59,648 nt of DNA from positions 1 to 59,648 of the forward strand of contig JAFGJZ010000185.1 in assembly GCA_016928815.1 (NCBI GenBank), given 5' to 3'. Shown here piece by piece: positions 1 through 10,139 of this stretch. This DNA is from Spirochaetota bacterium. GTDB taxonomy: Bacteria; Spirochaetota; UBA4802; JAFGJZ01. The position numbers and the translations under genes are program-made. The notes under the pieces are model-generated. The model searched no databases and was not told where the DNA came from. It was given only the letters and a program-made list of their open reading frames with translations. Position 1 is the stretch's first letter; each line of letters opens with the position of its first letter.

Positions 1-1
1 A

Positions 2-172
2 AAAAGAATCGTTAATTTAAATATAGAAACAGAAGATATCATCTCGGATAAGGAAATACTTGATGCTTTTTCGGATTTCTCACTTCTTGAATCTGAAACA
101 GTCTATTTTTCCGCAGGTCCGTCACAGCCTAAAGAGATTTTAATTTCAAAAGAAGCTTATTATTCAGTCTGA
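2..172 (+). CDS. 3' end of a CDS running in from the window edge (unknown product)
   Basis: Open frame 2-172, KRIVNLNIETEDIISDKEILDAF...EAYYSV-TGA, abutting the stop of the convergent gene at 173. Confidence 0.6.
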   Translation, partial: KRIVNLNIETEDIISDKEILDAFSDFSLLESETVYFSAGPSQPKEILISKEAYYSV

Positions 173-634
173 TCACAGCTTTTTATGCACGAAACTGTAT
201 TTTCTGCCGCTGCATTTGATCAGTCCGTAATTACCGGATATCAGGGAACCGGGATTAAAAAAAATTATTCCTGATTCTTCCCTTAACATCTGGGAATGGG
301 TATGTCCGAAGACAGCTATATCAATATAGTTTTCCCTGCAGTAAAGAAGCAGGCTGCCGATTCCGTCTTTTACACCATATTCGTCACCGTGAGTAATAAA
401 AAACAGCCTGCCGTGAATTCCAACAGTAAGTTCATATTTTATATTGCCGAAAAAATGCCTGTCCGCATTCCCTCTTACAAAAAACCTTCCGGCAGACGGA
501 GAAATGCGGCTTTCCATAACATCCCTGATGCCGTCACCGCAGAAAATAACATCACTGTATTTTTCTCTGCCTAGAACGGCTTCCAGATTATCCGCTGAAC
601 CGTGTATGTCAGAAATAACAAGAATTTGTTTCAA
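173..634 (-). CDS. YfcE/MJ0936-family metallophosphoesterase
   Basis: Motifs ISDIHG, CGD, VRGNAD, THGD, FGHTH, NPGS. Confidence 0.9.
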   Translation of the reverse strand: MKQILVISDIHGSADNLEAVLGREKYSDVIFCGDGIRDVMESRISPSAGRFFVRGNADRHFFGNIKYELTVGIHGRLFFITHGDEYGVKDGIGSLLLYCRENYIDIAVFGHTHSQMLREESGIIFFNPGSLISGNYGLIKCSGRKYSFVHKKL

Positions 635-724
635 GATTATTACCTGTCCAAAAAAGTGCTTGCATACGTATGTAACTGTACATAATCGGTCTATATAGTC
701 AAAATATTTTTTGCGGATGCCGGG

Positions 725-2524
725 ATGGACATAAAATTAATAAGAAATTTTTCAATAATAGCACATATAGATCACGGGAAATCGACTCTTGCCGACAGAC
801 TTATCGAGCGGTGCAGCCTTGTAGATTCACGTAATAAAAAATCACAGATGCTTGACACGATGGATCTTGAACGCGAACGCGGTATTACAATCAAATCAAA
901 CGCCATTACGCTCAATTACAGGTCAAAGGACGGAAATGAATATGTTTTTAACCTGATTGACACTCCGGGACATGTTGATTTCACCTATGAAGTCTCGCGG
1001 GCTCTGGCCGCATGCGACGGTGTTCTTCTTGTCGTCGATGCTTCACAGGGAGTTGAGGCGCAGACAATTGCGAACATGTATCTTGCACTTGAAAATGACC
1101 TGGAAATTCTTCCGGTAATAAATAAAATTGACATGCCTGCTGCTGACATTGACAGAACAAAACATGACATTGAACATACACTCGGACTTGATAGTTCAAT
1201 ATCGGCATGCGTTTCTGCGAAAGAAGGAATCGGAATTGATGAGCTTCTTGAGAAAATCATCGAAGTAATTCCTCCTCCGAGAACTCTATATGATGACGAC
1301 AAGTTAAGAGCCCTGATTTTCGACTCATACTTTGATCCGTATGTCGGTGCCGTTTCAAAAGTCAGAATATTCAGCGGAAGTGTAAAAGTTAATGATGAAA
1401 TCCGGATGCTTTCAACAGAGAAGGATTTCACAGTAAACAATGTTGGCATTTTCAGACTTGCCTATGAAAAAAGAAAAGAACTGTTCAGCGGTGACGTCGG
1501 TTATATAATCGCCAATATAAAATCCGTCAGTGATACAAAAATCGGCGATACAATTACTTTGGCAGCAGATCCTGCTTCAGAACCGCTTAAAGGTTTCAAG
1601 GTAGCGAAGTCAATGGTTTTCGCTGGAATTTACCCTATGTACAGTGATGATTATGAGAATCTCCGCGAAGCTCTGCAGAAACTTCAGTTGAATGACGCCT
1701 CACTGATTTATGAACCGGATAATTCATTTGCTCTCGGTTTCGGTTTCCGATGCGGATTTCTCGGACTTCTGCACATGGAAATTGTTCAGGAACGTCTTGA
1801 ACGCGAATTTGACCTTGCACTTGTAACAACCGCTCCAAGCGTCGAGTACCACGTTCTGACAATCAAAGGTGAAGAACTGATTATTGACAATCCTGTAAAA
1901 TTTCCGGAGCCCGGATTCATTGATAAAATTTTTGAACCGTATGTAAAAACAACAATAATTACTCCGAAAGACTACATTGGAAACATCATGAATCTTGTCA
2001 TGGAATGCCGCGGGATTCAGCAGGACATGCAGTATCTGGACGAGAGACGTGTTGAAATAATCAGTGATATTCCGCTTGCGGAAATTGTTTTCAATTTTTA
2101 TGACAAGCTGAAATCAATCTCAAAAGGCTATGCTTCTTTTGATTACGAACTCAAGGACTACAGACCTTCAAAGATGGTAAAAACGGACATACTTGTAAAC
2201 GGTGAAATCGTTGATGCATTAAGTTTCATCGTACATCAGGATAAAGCGGCATTCAGAGGAAAGGAAATAATAGAAAAACTCAAGGATATAATTCCGAAAC
2301 ATCAGTTTAAAATTCCGCTGCAGGCGGCTATCGGCGCAAAAATCATCGGCCGTGAGGATATTTCAGCTCTCAGGAAAAATGTAACTGCCAAATGTTACGG
2401 CGGGGATATATCGAGAAAAAGAAAACTGCTTGATAAACAGAAAGAAGGTAAAAAAAGAATGAAACTTGTCGGATCAGTTGAAATTCCGCAGGAAGCGTTC
2501 CTTTCAATACTGAGAATAGATTAA
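725..2524 (+). CDS. lepA: Translation elongation factor 4 (LepA)
   Basis: [37 protein letters not shown]-terminal [14 protein letters not shown]. Confidence 0.99.
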   Translation: MDIKLIRNFSIIAHIDHGKSTLADRLIERCSLVDSRNKKSQMLDTMDLERERGITIKSNAITLNYRSKDGNEYVFNLIDTPGHVDFTYEVSRALAACDGVLLVVDASQGVEAQTIANMYLALENDLEILPVINKIDMPAADIDRTKHDIEHTLGLDSSISACVSAKEGIGIDELLEKIIEVIPPPRTLYDDDKLRALIFDSYFDPYVGAVSKVRIFSGSVKVNDEIRMLSTEKDFTVNNVGIFRLAYEKRKELFSGDVGYIIANIKSVSDTKIGDTITLAADPASEPLKGFKVAKSMVFAGIYPMYSDDYENLREALQKLQLNDASLIYEPDNSFALGFGFRCGFLGLLHMEIVQERLEREFDLALVTTAPSVEYHVLTIKGEELIIDNPVKFPEPGFIDKIFEPYVKTTIITPKDYIGNIMNLVMECRGIQQDMQYLDERRVEIISDIPLAEIVFNFYDKLKSISKGYASFDYELKDYRPSKMVKTDILVNGEIVDALSFIVHQDKAAFRGKEIIEKLKDIIPKHQFKIPLQAAIGAKIIGREDISALRKNVTAKCYGGDISRKRKLLDKQKEGKKRMKLVGSVEIPQEAFLSILRID

Positions 2525-2553
2525 TTACTGATTCAAAAAAAGGAGAAAATGAG

Positions 2554-2865
2554 ATGCAATTTGATAATGTAAGCGTTGTAAAAAAAGCAAATGTATATTT
2601 TGACGGGAAAGTTACAAGCCGGACAGTTCTTTTCGCAAACGGTGAGAAAAAAACATTGGGAATAATGCTGCCGGGTGAATATGAATTCGGTACTGCAAAA
2701 AAAGAAATTATGGAAATACTTCAGGGCAGCATGAAAGTAAAACTTCCCGGAAGCGGCAGCTGGCAGGTTTTTGCAGCAGGCAGCAGTTTTGAAGTTCCGG
2801 CTGATTCCAAATTCCAGCTTGAAGTTACCGAGATATCGGATTACTGCTGTTCATATATTGACTGA
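2554..2865 (+). CDS. ppnP: Pyrimidine/purine nucleoside phosphorylase (YaiE/DUF1255)
   Basis: [32 protein letters not shown]; AGGAG RBS upstream. Confidence 0.92.
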   Translation: MQFDNVSVVKKANVYFDGKVTSRTVLFANGEKKTLGIMLPGEYEFGTAKKEIMEILQGSMKVKLPGSGSWQVFAAGSSFEVPADSKFQLEVTEISDYCCSYID

Positions 2866-2892
2866 TACTGACATATATTATGAGAAAACCGG

Positions 2893-2926
2893 AAAAGCTG
2901 ACATTAAACAATGTCAGCTTTTTTTT
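2893..2926. terminator. Bidirectional intrinsic terminator
   Basis: AAAAGCTGACATT-aaac-AATGTCAGCTTTT followed by a T run, between convergent genes. Confidence 0.85.
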
Positions 2927-2930
2927 GCGG

Positions 2931-3347
2931 TTAAGAACTGAATATTGAATAAGCGAGCCTGCTTATCCGCATAAGAAGATCATATGCCCTGACTTCGGTT
3001 ACGGTATGTTTTCCTTCATCAACAAGACGTACAAGCTCATGCATTTGCGTAATTTCCGCATTATCGACCAGAAAAGCGCCGCACGATTCACAATGTTCTA
3101 TCATTATTCCTGAAAATCCGAGGAAATTTATCCTTTTCATCCGGGAAGAACATACAGGACATTTTACAGGATCAGACTGATCAGCATTATATTCCCGTAT
3201 GGATGAAACCTCCGCATCTGATTCATTCATAAGTCTGTTAAGCTGATTTTTTTTAAGTACCATCAGTTCACAGCTTTTGCAAATACTGTAATCCTCCCCG
3301 TCAATGTGTACATTTTCAAATTCCGATGAGCATCTGCTGCATTCCAT
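2931..3347 (-). CDS. Double zinc-ribbon (zf-TFIIB-like) domain protein
   Basis: Two CxxC...CxxC units (CSRC/CKSC and CPVC/CESC); GGAGG RBS. Confidence 0.75.
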   Translation of the reverse strand: MECSRCSSEFENVHIDGEDYSICKSCELMVLKKNQLNRLMNESDAEVSSIREYNADQSDPVKCPVCSSRMKRINFLGFSGIMIEHCESCGAFLVDNAEITQMHELVRLVDEGKHTVTEVRAYDLLMRISRLAYSIFSS

Positions 3348-3451
3348 ATTATTCCTCCGGCGATAAGATTAAACAACTTTAAGTCATGAATAATAAATAT
3401 TCAAGCACAATAAAAAAAATTGAAATGGCTGAAAAGCCGGGTAAGACAGTC

Positions 3452-3570
3452 AAAAGTTAAAAGTTAAAGATTAAAGATTAAAGATTAAGGATCAAGGATT
3501 AAGGATTAAGGATTAAGGATCAAGGATTAAGGATTAAGGATCAAGGATTAAGGATTAAGGATTAAGGATC
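3452..3570. repeat. Tandem heptamer array, 17 units (AAAAGTT x2, AAAGATT x3, AAGGAT[C/T] x12)
   Basis: Read directly: 119 bp with uninterrupted period 7. Confidence 0.97.
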
Positions 3571-3587
3571 AAACTTAGCATCTGTTT

Positions 3588-4841
3588 CTAAGGAAGTATA
3601 ATCCCCTCGGGAACATCATTAACAGAAGTGATCAATATCCTTGCAGCCGTACCCTGAACAGGAATTTTATCAGGATGAAGCCTGACATGGATATAATTTT
3701 CAGTTGTTGCCCAATAACCGGTTGAATCCATTTCAATGATTCCGTTAAGCACCCTGTTAAGAAATTTTTTCTGATATTCCGATTTTTTTTCCTGTGAAAA
3801 TTTACGCAGAGTTTCTGATCTTCTGTAGATATCGGTATCTGTGCAGAAATCATCTCTCAGGGCTGCAGGTGTTCCGCTCCTTGGACTGAAAGTAAACTGA
3901 TGGATATATGCGATACCGGCCCTTTCAAGAATATCCAGCGTTTGTGTGAAATCATCATCCGTTTCACCGGGAAAACCGACAATAACATCTGTACCGAGAG
4001 CAATATCAGTTCGCACAGTACGTAATTTGGAGGCTATTTCAAGATAGTCAGCCGCAGTATATGGACGGTTCATTTCATTAAGTATTCTGTCAGAACCTGA
4101 CTGAAGCGGAAGATGTATGTGACTGCATATTCTTTCATTACTGAAAAGTGAAATTATGCTGTCATCAATATGTACAGGTTCGATTGAAGTTATTCTGAAG
4201 CGCATTTTCTCCGATACGGAAATCATTCCTCTGACAAGATCGGCAAGATTCCTGCCTTCGTGATCATATTTTCCAATAGTAATTCCCGTCAGTACGATTT
4301 CATTTATATTATTCTGCTCGAGAATTTTTACATTTTCAAGAATTTCATCATAATCTCTTGATGACGGAATACCTCGGACAGCAGGAATTATGCAGTAGGA
4401 ACATTTACCGTCGCATCCGTCCTGAATTTTCAGAAAAGCCCTGCTTCTGTCATTCGGAGAAACAAGATATCTGGAATTAAGCTCACCTGAAGGTACACAG
4501 TTAATATCCGACAGAATTTCAGGAACGATACTTTCCTTATTCCGTGTTCCGAAAACTTTTTTAACTGCATCCATTGAGGATATTTCATGCCCTGCCCGTT
4601 CAATCAGACAGCCTGAAACATAGACTTTTCCGTCATAGGATGATCTGGCACCCTGACAGATATAATTTCTGCATTTTTTATCACTCCGGTTTGTAACCGT
4701 ACAGGTATTTACAAGCACAATATCAGCATTTTGTCCGAACTTAACCTGCTGAAGTCCTGCCTGGAGAAACTGCTGCGCCATAAGTGCGGAATCATACTGA
4801 TTAAGCTTACAGCCCAATGTTTTAATTGAAAATGTTTTCAA
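3588..4841 (-). CDS. mtaB: tRNA t6A37 methylthiotransferase MtaB (radical SAM)
   Basis: TLGCKLNQYDS, NTCTVT, KIQDGCDGKCSYCIIP, HLPLQSGSD, DVIVGFPGET, FSPRSGTPAA. Confidence 0.9.
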   Translation of the reverse strand: MKTFSIKTLGCKLNQYDSALMAQQFLQAGLQQVKFGQNADIVLVNTCTVTNRSDKKCRNYICQGARSSYDGKVYVSGCLIERAGHEISSMDAVKKVFGTRNKESIVPEILSDINCVPSGELNSRYLVSPNDRSRAFLKIQDGCDGKCSYCIIPAVRGIPSSRDYDEILENVKILEQNNINEIVLTGITIGKYDHEGRNLADLVRGMISVSEKMRFRITSIEPVHIDDSIISLFSNERICSHIHLPLQSGSDRILNEMNRPYTAADYLEIASKLRTVRTDIALGTDVIVGFPGETDDDFTQTLDILERAGIAYIHQFTFSPRSGTPAALRDDFCTDTDIYRRSETLRKFSQEKKSEYQKKFLNRVLNGIIEMDSTGYWATTENYIHVRLHPDKIPVQGTAARILITSVNDVPEGIILP

Positions 4842-5057
4842 ATTTTCTCCTGAATAAGGTCATAAGGTAAAACCGGATGATTTTTTTGCAATAAAATAAT
4901 TATTAAAAAAATTCATGAAGTATCATGACATATGCATATTTTAGCGCATTTTAAGACAGAATTCTGTCTGCATCAGATAATTATTATTCATCCTGAAAAA
5001 AATATATTGACTAAATTGTTTAAACTGTATTTTCTAAAATTCTGGGAGTATTATTTA

Positions 5058-5744
5058 ATGAATTCTGATATCTACAGCCGGTATTTAAATCTTTTAGATG
5101 AAATAAGGAACTGTACCGTAAACTCCGGCAGACAAGAGAATTCAGTAATGCTGTTACCCGTCAGTAAAACCGTTCCCGCTGATGTAATTTCTCACTGTGC
5201 TGACCTGGGAATGAAACTGTTTGCCGAAAACCGTATACAGGAGGCTGAAAGTAAATTTGTTCATATGAAAGGTGATTTCAGACTCCATCTTATCGGCCAT
5301 CTTCAGTCAAATAAGTCCAGAACAGCCGTTCAGCTGTTTGATATGATACACAGTATTGATAAACTATCCACGGCTGAAAAATTAAACAGTGAAGCTGAAA
5401 AGGCGGGGAAAACTCAGAACATCCTGGTGCAGGTAAACACCTCAGGAGAGGTTTCAAAATCAGGATGCACACCCGATACTGCAGAAGAACTCTGTGCAGG
5501 AATTTCTGCTCTTAAAAATCTGAAATTAAAAGGTCTGATGACAATAGGACCATTGACGGAAAATAAAAAAAGAATAGCCGAATGCTTTCAGACCCTGCGC
5601 ATTCTGAAAGAAAAAATATCTTCCATGCTTCAGATCAGTCTCCCCGAACTTTCAATGGGAATGTCTGATGATTATGAGATAGCGATCAAAGAAGGATCTA
5701 CGATTGTCAGGATAGGATCAGCAATTTTCGGATCAAGGAATTGA
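5058..5744 (+). CDS. yggS: PLP homeostasis protein YggS
   Basis: PVSKT, ENRIQE, HLIGHLQSNK, LSMGMSDDY, VRIGSAIFG; start moved to ATG 5058, which has a GGAG RBS. Confidence 0.95.
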   Translation: MNSDIYSRYLNLLDEIRNCTVNSGRQENSVMLLPVSKTVPADVISHCADLGMKLFAENRIQEAESKFVHMKGDFRLHLIGHLQSNKSRTAVQLFDMIHSIDKLSTAEKLNSEAEKAGKTQNILVQVNTSGEVSKSGCTPDTAEELCAGISALKNLKLKGLMTIGPLTENKKRIAECFQTLRILKEKISSMLQISLPELSMGMSDDYEIAIKEGSTIVRIGSAIFGSRN

Positions 5745-5745
5745 A

Positions 5746-6561
5746 ATGATGAAAGAATTCACCACCAGAAAAATCGGATGTATCGGTCTCGGGAATATGG
5801 GACAGGCAATCCTACACGGACTATCAGCGGAGTTTCCGCCGGAAAATATCAACGGGTACGATAAGGATCCATCAAAGGCTGCGGCACTTGCTTCCATGAT
5901 TTCAGTCTGCAAGGATGCCGGATCGGCAGCTTCCGCATCTGACATCCTTATAATTGCCGTGAAACCGGCATTTGTAGAAACAGTATGCAGCGAAATAAAA
6001 GCGGTCATGAAACCGGAAACAATAATAATTTCAATTGCAGCCGGTGTCACAATAAATTCGATTGAAAATGTACTCGGCAAATCAAAAAAAATCGTAAGGG
6101 TAATGCCTAACACGCCCGCCCTGATCAATGAAGGGATGACAGCAATATCGCATAATCAGTCAGTTGATGCCGCGGATCTTGCCATCACTGAAAAAATATT
6201 CAGTCTCATCGGAAAGACACTGATCATTGAAGAGAAATATCTGGATGCCGTAACAGCAGTATCAGGATGCGGTCCTGCATACGGATTCACATTTATTCAG
6301 GCCATGGCGGATGCAGGAGTCAGGCTCGGTCTGACAAGAAGTGATGCAGTACTTCTGGCAGCTCAAACCCTCAAGGGCGCGGCTGAAATGGTTATGAACA
6401 GTGCCGATGAACCGATATCTCTCAGAAACAAGGTTACATCTCCCGGCGGCAGCACCATTGCAGCAGTTCATAAACTTGAACGGGCCGCTTTCTCGGGAAT
6501 AATAATGGATGCAGTTACTGAAGCAGCAGAAATATCCGCCAACTTAGGAAAAAAGAAATGA
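5746..6561 (+). CDS. proC: Pyrroline-5-carboxylate reductase
   Basis: IGLGNMG, AVKP, RVMPNTP, SGCGPAY, VTSPGGST; usual yggS-proC pairing. Confidence 0.97.
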   Translation: MMKEFTTRKIGCIGLGNMGQAILHGLSAEFPPENINGYDKDPSKAAALASMISVCKDAGSAASASDILIIAVKPAFVETVCSEIKAVMKPETIIISIAAGVTINSIENVLGKSKKIVRVMPNTPALINEGMTAISHNQSVDAADLAITEKIFSLIGKTLIIEEKYLDAVTAVSGCGPAYGFTFIQAMADAGVRLGLTRSDAVLLAAQTLKGAAEMVMNSADEPISLRNKVTSPGGSTIAAVHKLERAAFSGIIMDAVTEAAEISANLGKKK

Positions 6562-7529
6562 ACGGAATGCCAATATCAAGATACAACCTTGATCTTTTCA
6601 GGAGAGTGGTGCTTTTATTCAGTACTGCGGTAATTATCATATTTTTTTCAGTTAACATAATAATGGATCTGATAACAGATGAAATAGATATAAGCAAAGA
6701 CAGCTACTATCTTAAACAGGGATTTCCGATATTCACCGATAAGGATGCCTACATCTCGCTTGTAAAAAATTATCCGTATGATATCGGTGCCGCTCTCCAC
6801 ATACATGTAATTGCCAGGGGGGAAACACTCTGGGATGTAGCCCTGATGAACTCAATAACAATTGATACACTGATTTCAGCCAATCCTACCTTAAAAGATC
6901 TTCTTGCAGTAGAGGGTGATCAGCTGGTTGTTCCGGACACTGATGGAACAGTTTTAGCCTGCGATGACAGTAACGATGCCGAAATTATGGCCGAACTGAT
7001 GAACATTGAATCAGACAATATTAAGGGAAATTTCACTTTCAACCCTTTCAGATTATTCTGCCGGGATAATATGAGGCTTGTCTTTTTGAAAGGTCAGAAA
7101 CCGCTCATTGTAAACAATAATATTGAAGGTCTTTATGACCAGAAAATGCAGTTCAAATCACCGATTAAAGGATACTATACATCGATGTACGGAATGAGAA
7201 GAGATCCTTTTTCAGGAGTTCCTACTTTTCATGACGGTCTTGATATTCAAAACCGGATCGGCGCTCCCATAAAACCGATAAAAAAAGGTATTGTTTCATT
7301 CACAGGATGGCGTGACGGTTACGGGAATATGGTTCGGATTCTTCATGAGGACGGTTATGTTTCATATTATGCTCATTGCAGTGAAATTCTTGTTGAGACA
7401 GGTGAAATTGTAACAACCGATACCGTAATAGCTCTTGTCGGGTCGACCGGAAAATCGACTGGTCCCCATTTGCACCTTTCCGTTGAAAGACATGGCTCAT
7501 CACTGGATCCGATATTTTTTGTCTGGTAA
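6558..7529 (+). CDS. Membrane-anchored LysM + M23 peptidoglycan endopeptidase
   Basis: N-terminal TM; LysM HVIARGETLWDVA; M23 HDGLDI, YAHC, STGPHLHL; ATGA overlap with proC. Confidence 0.9.
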   Translation: MNGMPISRYNLDLFRRVVLLFSTAVIIIFFSVNIIMDLITDEIDISKDSYYLKQGFPIFTDKDAYISLVKNYPYDIGAALHIHVIARGETLWDVALMNSITIDTLISANPTLKDLLAVEGDQLVVPDTDGTVLACDDSNDAEIMAELMNIESDNIKGNFTFNPFRLFCRDNMRLVFLKGQKPLIVNNNIEGLYDQKMQFKSPIKGYYTSMYGMRRDPFSGVPTFHDGLDIQNRIGAPIKPIKKGIVSFTGWRDGYGNMVRILHEDGYVSYYAHCSEILVETGEIVTTDTVIALVGSTGKSTGPHLHLSVERHGSSLDPIFFVW

Positions 7530-8477
7530 TCAGCAGCCTCCCTGCGCATCAAGCTCCTGATACCAGCCGTCAATTCCATATCTGTCAGCTTCAATCATTA
7601 CCATTTCATATTCATCTTCCCGCAGCTTATTCTTAAGTTCTGGAAAAGAAGCGCTTTCAGCAGCCTTATATGCCGGAAAATACTGGGACATTATACTCAG
7701 TCTGAAATTATTGAATTCAGTTTTCATCTTTGATGCATAATTAAGAATTGAAATACTGTCATCAATGTTTCCGGGAAGTACAAGATGACGGAATATTACT
7801 CCGGATTTCAGAATTCCGTCTTCTTCAATCCATGCATTATTTCCTTTGAGAATAAATTCAGCGCCGCGCTGCGATATTTCAGGATAATTTTGAGCTCCGG
7901 AATATTTCAATGCCGGAGAGTCCGAAAAATACTTCAGATCATAAAGATAAATATCTGCAAATTTATCAACAATGGAGAGAAGCTCCGGAGTATGATAACC
8001 GCTGCAGTTATATGAAACCGGAATTTCAAGCAGCCCTTTAAGCTGTTTCAGACTTTTCAGGACTGCAGCAAGATACTGATCGGAAGTTACAAGGTTTATA
8101 TTATGCACTCCCCTGCTTTGAAACTTGAGCAATCTGCTGCAGAATTCATCTATTGAATATTCCCTGCCGTTATTCAGCTGGGAAAAAGGAAAGTTCTGAC
8201 AGAACACGCATTTCATTGTGCATCCGCTGAAAAAAACATTGCAGGCCCCATTTTCTCCGCTGACAGGAGGTTCTTCACCCATATGTCTTGAAATGGATGC
8301 TATCCTCATTCCTTTGCCAGAAGCACCGCACGGAGTGCAATGAGTCTGTCTGTTAATTCCGCATTTTCTCGGACAGCACATCCCCTTTCCGGTCAGACTT
8401 TCCGACTTTTCTATGAGACCGTCTATTTCATCCATTGACAGCCTGTTCAGTTTAGTTACATACATCGGGGTTACCAT
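7530..8477 (-). CDS. PflX-like radical SAM protein
   Basis: CPRKCGINR, HMGEEPPVSG, CTMKCVFCQN, HNINLVT, RHLVLPG, MSQYFP. Confidence 0.88.
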   Translation of the reverse strand: MVTPMYVTKLNRLSMDEIDGLIEKSESLTGKGMCCPRKCGINRQTHCTPCGASGKGMRIASISRHMGEEPPVSGENGACNVFFSGCTMKCVFCQNFPFSQLNNGREYSIDEFCSRLLKFQSRGVHNINLVTSDQYLAAVLKSLKQLKGLLEIPVSYNCSGYHTPELLSIVDKFADIYLYDLKYFSDSPALKYSGAQNYPEISQRGAEFILKGNNAWIEEDGILKSGVIFRHLVLPGNIDDSISILNYASKMKTEFNNFRLSIMSQYFPAYKAAESASFPELKNKLREDEYEMVMIEADRYGIDGWYQELDAQGGC

Positions 8478-8580
8478 ATTTTAACGATGATTTCCTGATG
8501 TTTATTTTGTCAATAAAAACATATTGAAAAAAAAGAACTTTATATACAGAATTGCATTACAAATGTAACGGAGAAAACAT

Positions 8581-8832
8581 GTGGAAGAAATTGACCTGTC
8601 GTTCGAAATAGATCTACATTATTTTTCACCCAAAGATACTGACTTCATACTGAATGAATTCATTAGTTTTAATATTATGAAGGGAATTAAAGAAGTAAAA
8701 ATAATTCACGGAAAAGGAAAATCTGTGAAAAAACATGCAGTTATCAGATTCCTTTCATCCGACGTACGTGTAAAATCATATCACGATGATTCATCAAACT
8801 GGGGCAGTACTATTGCCGAACTGTTCGTATAA
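8581..8832 (+). CDS. Stand-alone Smr domain protein
   Basis: EIDLH...IIHGKG...NWGST. Confidence 0.85.
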   Translation: MEEIDLSFEIDLHYFSPKDTDFILNEFISFNIMKGIKEVKIIHGKGKSVKKHAVIRFLSSDVRVKSYHDDSSNWGSTIAELFV

Positions 8833-8836
8833 TAAA

Positions 8837-9934
8837 TCATTTTGTTTCAGACTTACGTTTCCTTACCGGTGCTTTTTTACTTTTCTCAGGATAACCCATA
8901 ATCCTTGCAATTATTATCGTACTTTCCATTTTTTCAAGAATAAGTTTAACGATCACCATGAAAGGTACGGATAGAAACATACCCGGAATTCCCCATATGT
9001 AACCCCAGAATATGAGACCGAAAATAACGGTAAATGTGTTAAGACGCAGACGGTCTCCAATGATTCTCGGTTCAATTACTGTACCCATAAGCTGCTGGAT
9101 CAATATCAGAATAACAAATAGAAGTACCGGAGTCAGAACCGTATCAGACTGAATCAATGCCATTAATACAGGCGGAAAAGTGGCAATTATTGATCCTATC
9201 GAAGGGATGAAGTTAAGCATGAAAGTAAGAATTCCGAAAATAACCGCAAAACGTATGTCAAAAATCCAGCACGCTGCACCGGCAAGAAAACCGGTTATCA
9301 GACTTATGAGAGTTTTAATTGTCAGGTAGGAAAATATGGATTTCTGAATTATCTCAAACCCTTCAACCATATGCTCTCCCTTCTCCCCATCACCTACATA
9401 ATGCAGGAAATTTTTATAATTTGACATCCCTGACAGAAAAATTATGTAATAAATGGCAAACATTATGAATGATCCCGTAAAGGAACTCAGAGAAAGTGCC
9501 AGCCCTCCTGCAGTTTTTGACAGAATAGAAAGGTTTAGAAGACTTTTAATTTCGCTGACAAGTGATGTGACATTTATTTCATATTCGATGCTGTTATTAA
9601 CAACAACAAGAAACTGTTCCAGCTTATGATAAAGCCGGCCGGCCAGATATTCCTGTTCAGACATTATCTCTGTAATGGACTGTGTAAAGATATTAAATAT
9701 GATAATGATTATAAGCAGTGAAATGATGGTGATTACAGGAAGAATCAGTCTTCGGGGAAGTTTTACAGCTTCAAGTTTCAGAATTAAAGGCTGAAAAAGA
9801 ATCGCGAACAGAAGAGCAAGTACAAACGGCATTAGAAGCGCTGAAAGTGTTTTTAAAAGATAAAATATCATCACTATGAAAACAGCCATAAGGATATTTT
9901 TAATATTTCCGACATTTTTACCGATTCTATCCAT
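8837..9934 (-). CDS. AI-2E family transporter
   Basis: Multi-TM protein; LNFIPSIGS, IEPRIIG, WGYIWGIPGMFLSVP. Confidence 0.9.
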   Translation of the reverse strand: MDRIGKNVGNIKNILMAVFIVMIFYLLKTLSALLMPFVLALLFAILFQPLILKLEAVKLPRRLILPVITIISLLIIIIIFNIFTQSITEIMSEQEYLAGRLYHKLEQFLVVVNNSIEYEINVTSLVSEIKSLLNLSILSKTAGGLALSLSSFTGSFIMFAIYYIIFLSGMSNYKNFLHYVGDGEKGEHMVEGFEIIQKSIFSYLTIKTLISLITGFLAGAACWIFDIRFAVIFGILTFMLNFIPSIGSIIATFPPVLMALIQSDTVLTPVLLFVILILIQQLMGTVIEPRIIGDRLRLNTFTVIFGLIFWGYIWGIPGMFLSVPFMVIVKLILEKMESTIIIARIMGYPEKSKKAPVRKRKSETK

Positions 9935-10139
9935 GACAACCTCAAACTCTGATTTAATAATAAAGCAAGCACTTTAACTATATTTTTTATAACGCTATAA
10001 AAAACCGCATTTATATGCAAGCTATTTCTGAAATTCCATTTATCATATATTTACTTAAAATATTTAATTTTCTTTTGACAAATCCGCTGTTTTTATAAAC
10101 TGATAAAAGAAAAGATCAAAATAAATAATCCTGGTGAAT

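Noticed and set aside
985-1449. Antisense and alternative-frame ORFs inside long genes (e.g. 985-1449, 5733-6128, 55009-55464, 56305-56697)
   Set aside because: Shadow ORFs of well-supported genes, with no motifs or RBS.
3452-3570. CRISPR array or coding repeat
   Set aside because: Contiguous 7-bp units with no spacers and no cas genes; TAA stops recur through the array on both strands.
4932-5057. N-terminal extension of YggS given in the ORF track
   Set aside because: AT-rich promoter-like sequence; the RBS and family similarity begin at ATG 5058.
7527-7541. Selenocysteine read-through at the C-terminal GGC-TGA of the radical SAM gene
   Set aside because: The TGA abuts the stop of the convergent M23 gene, and I see no SECIS-like hairpin to support it.
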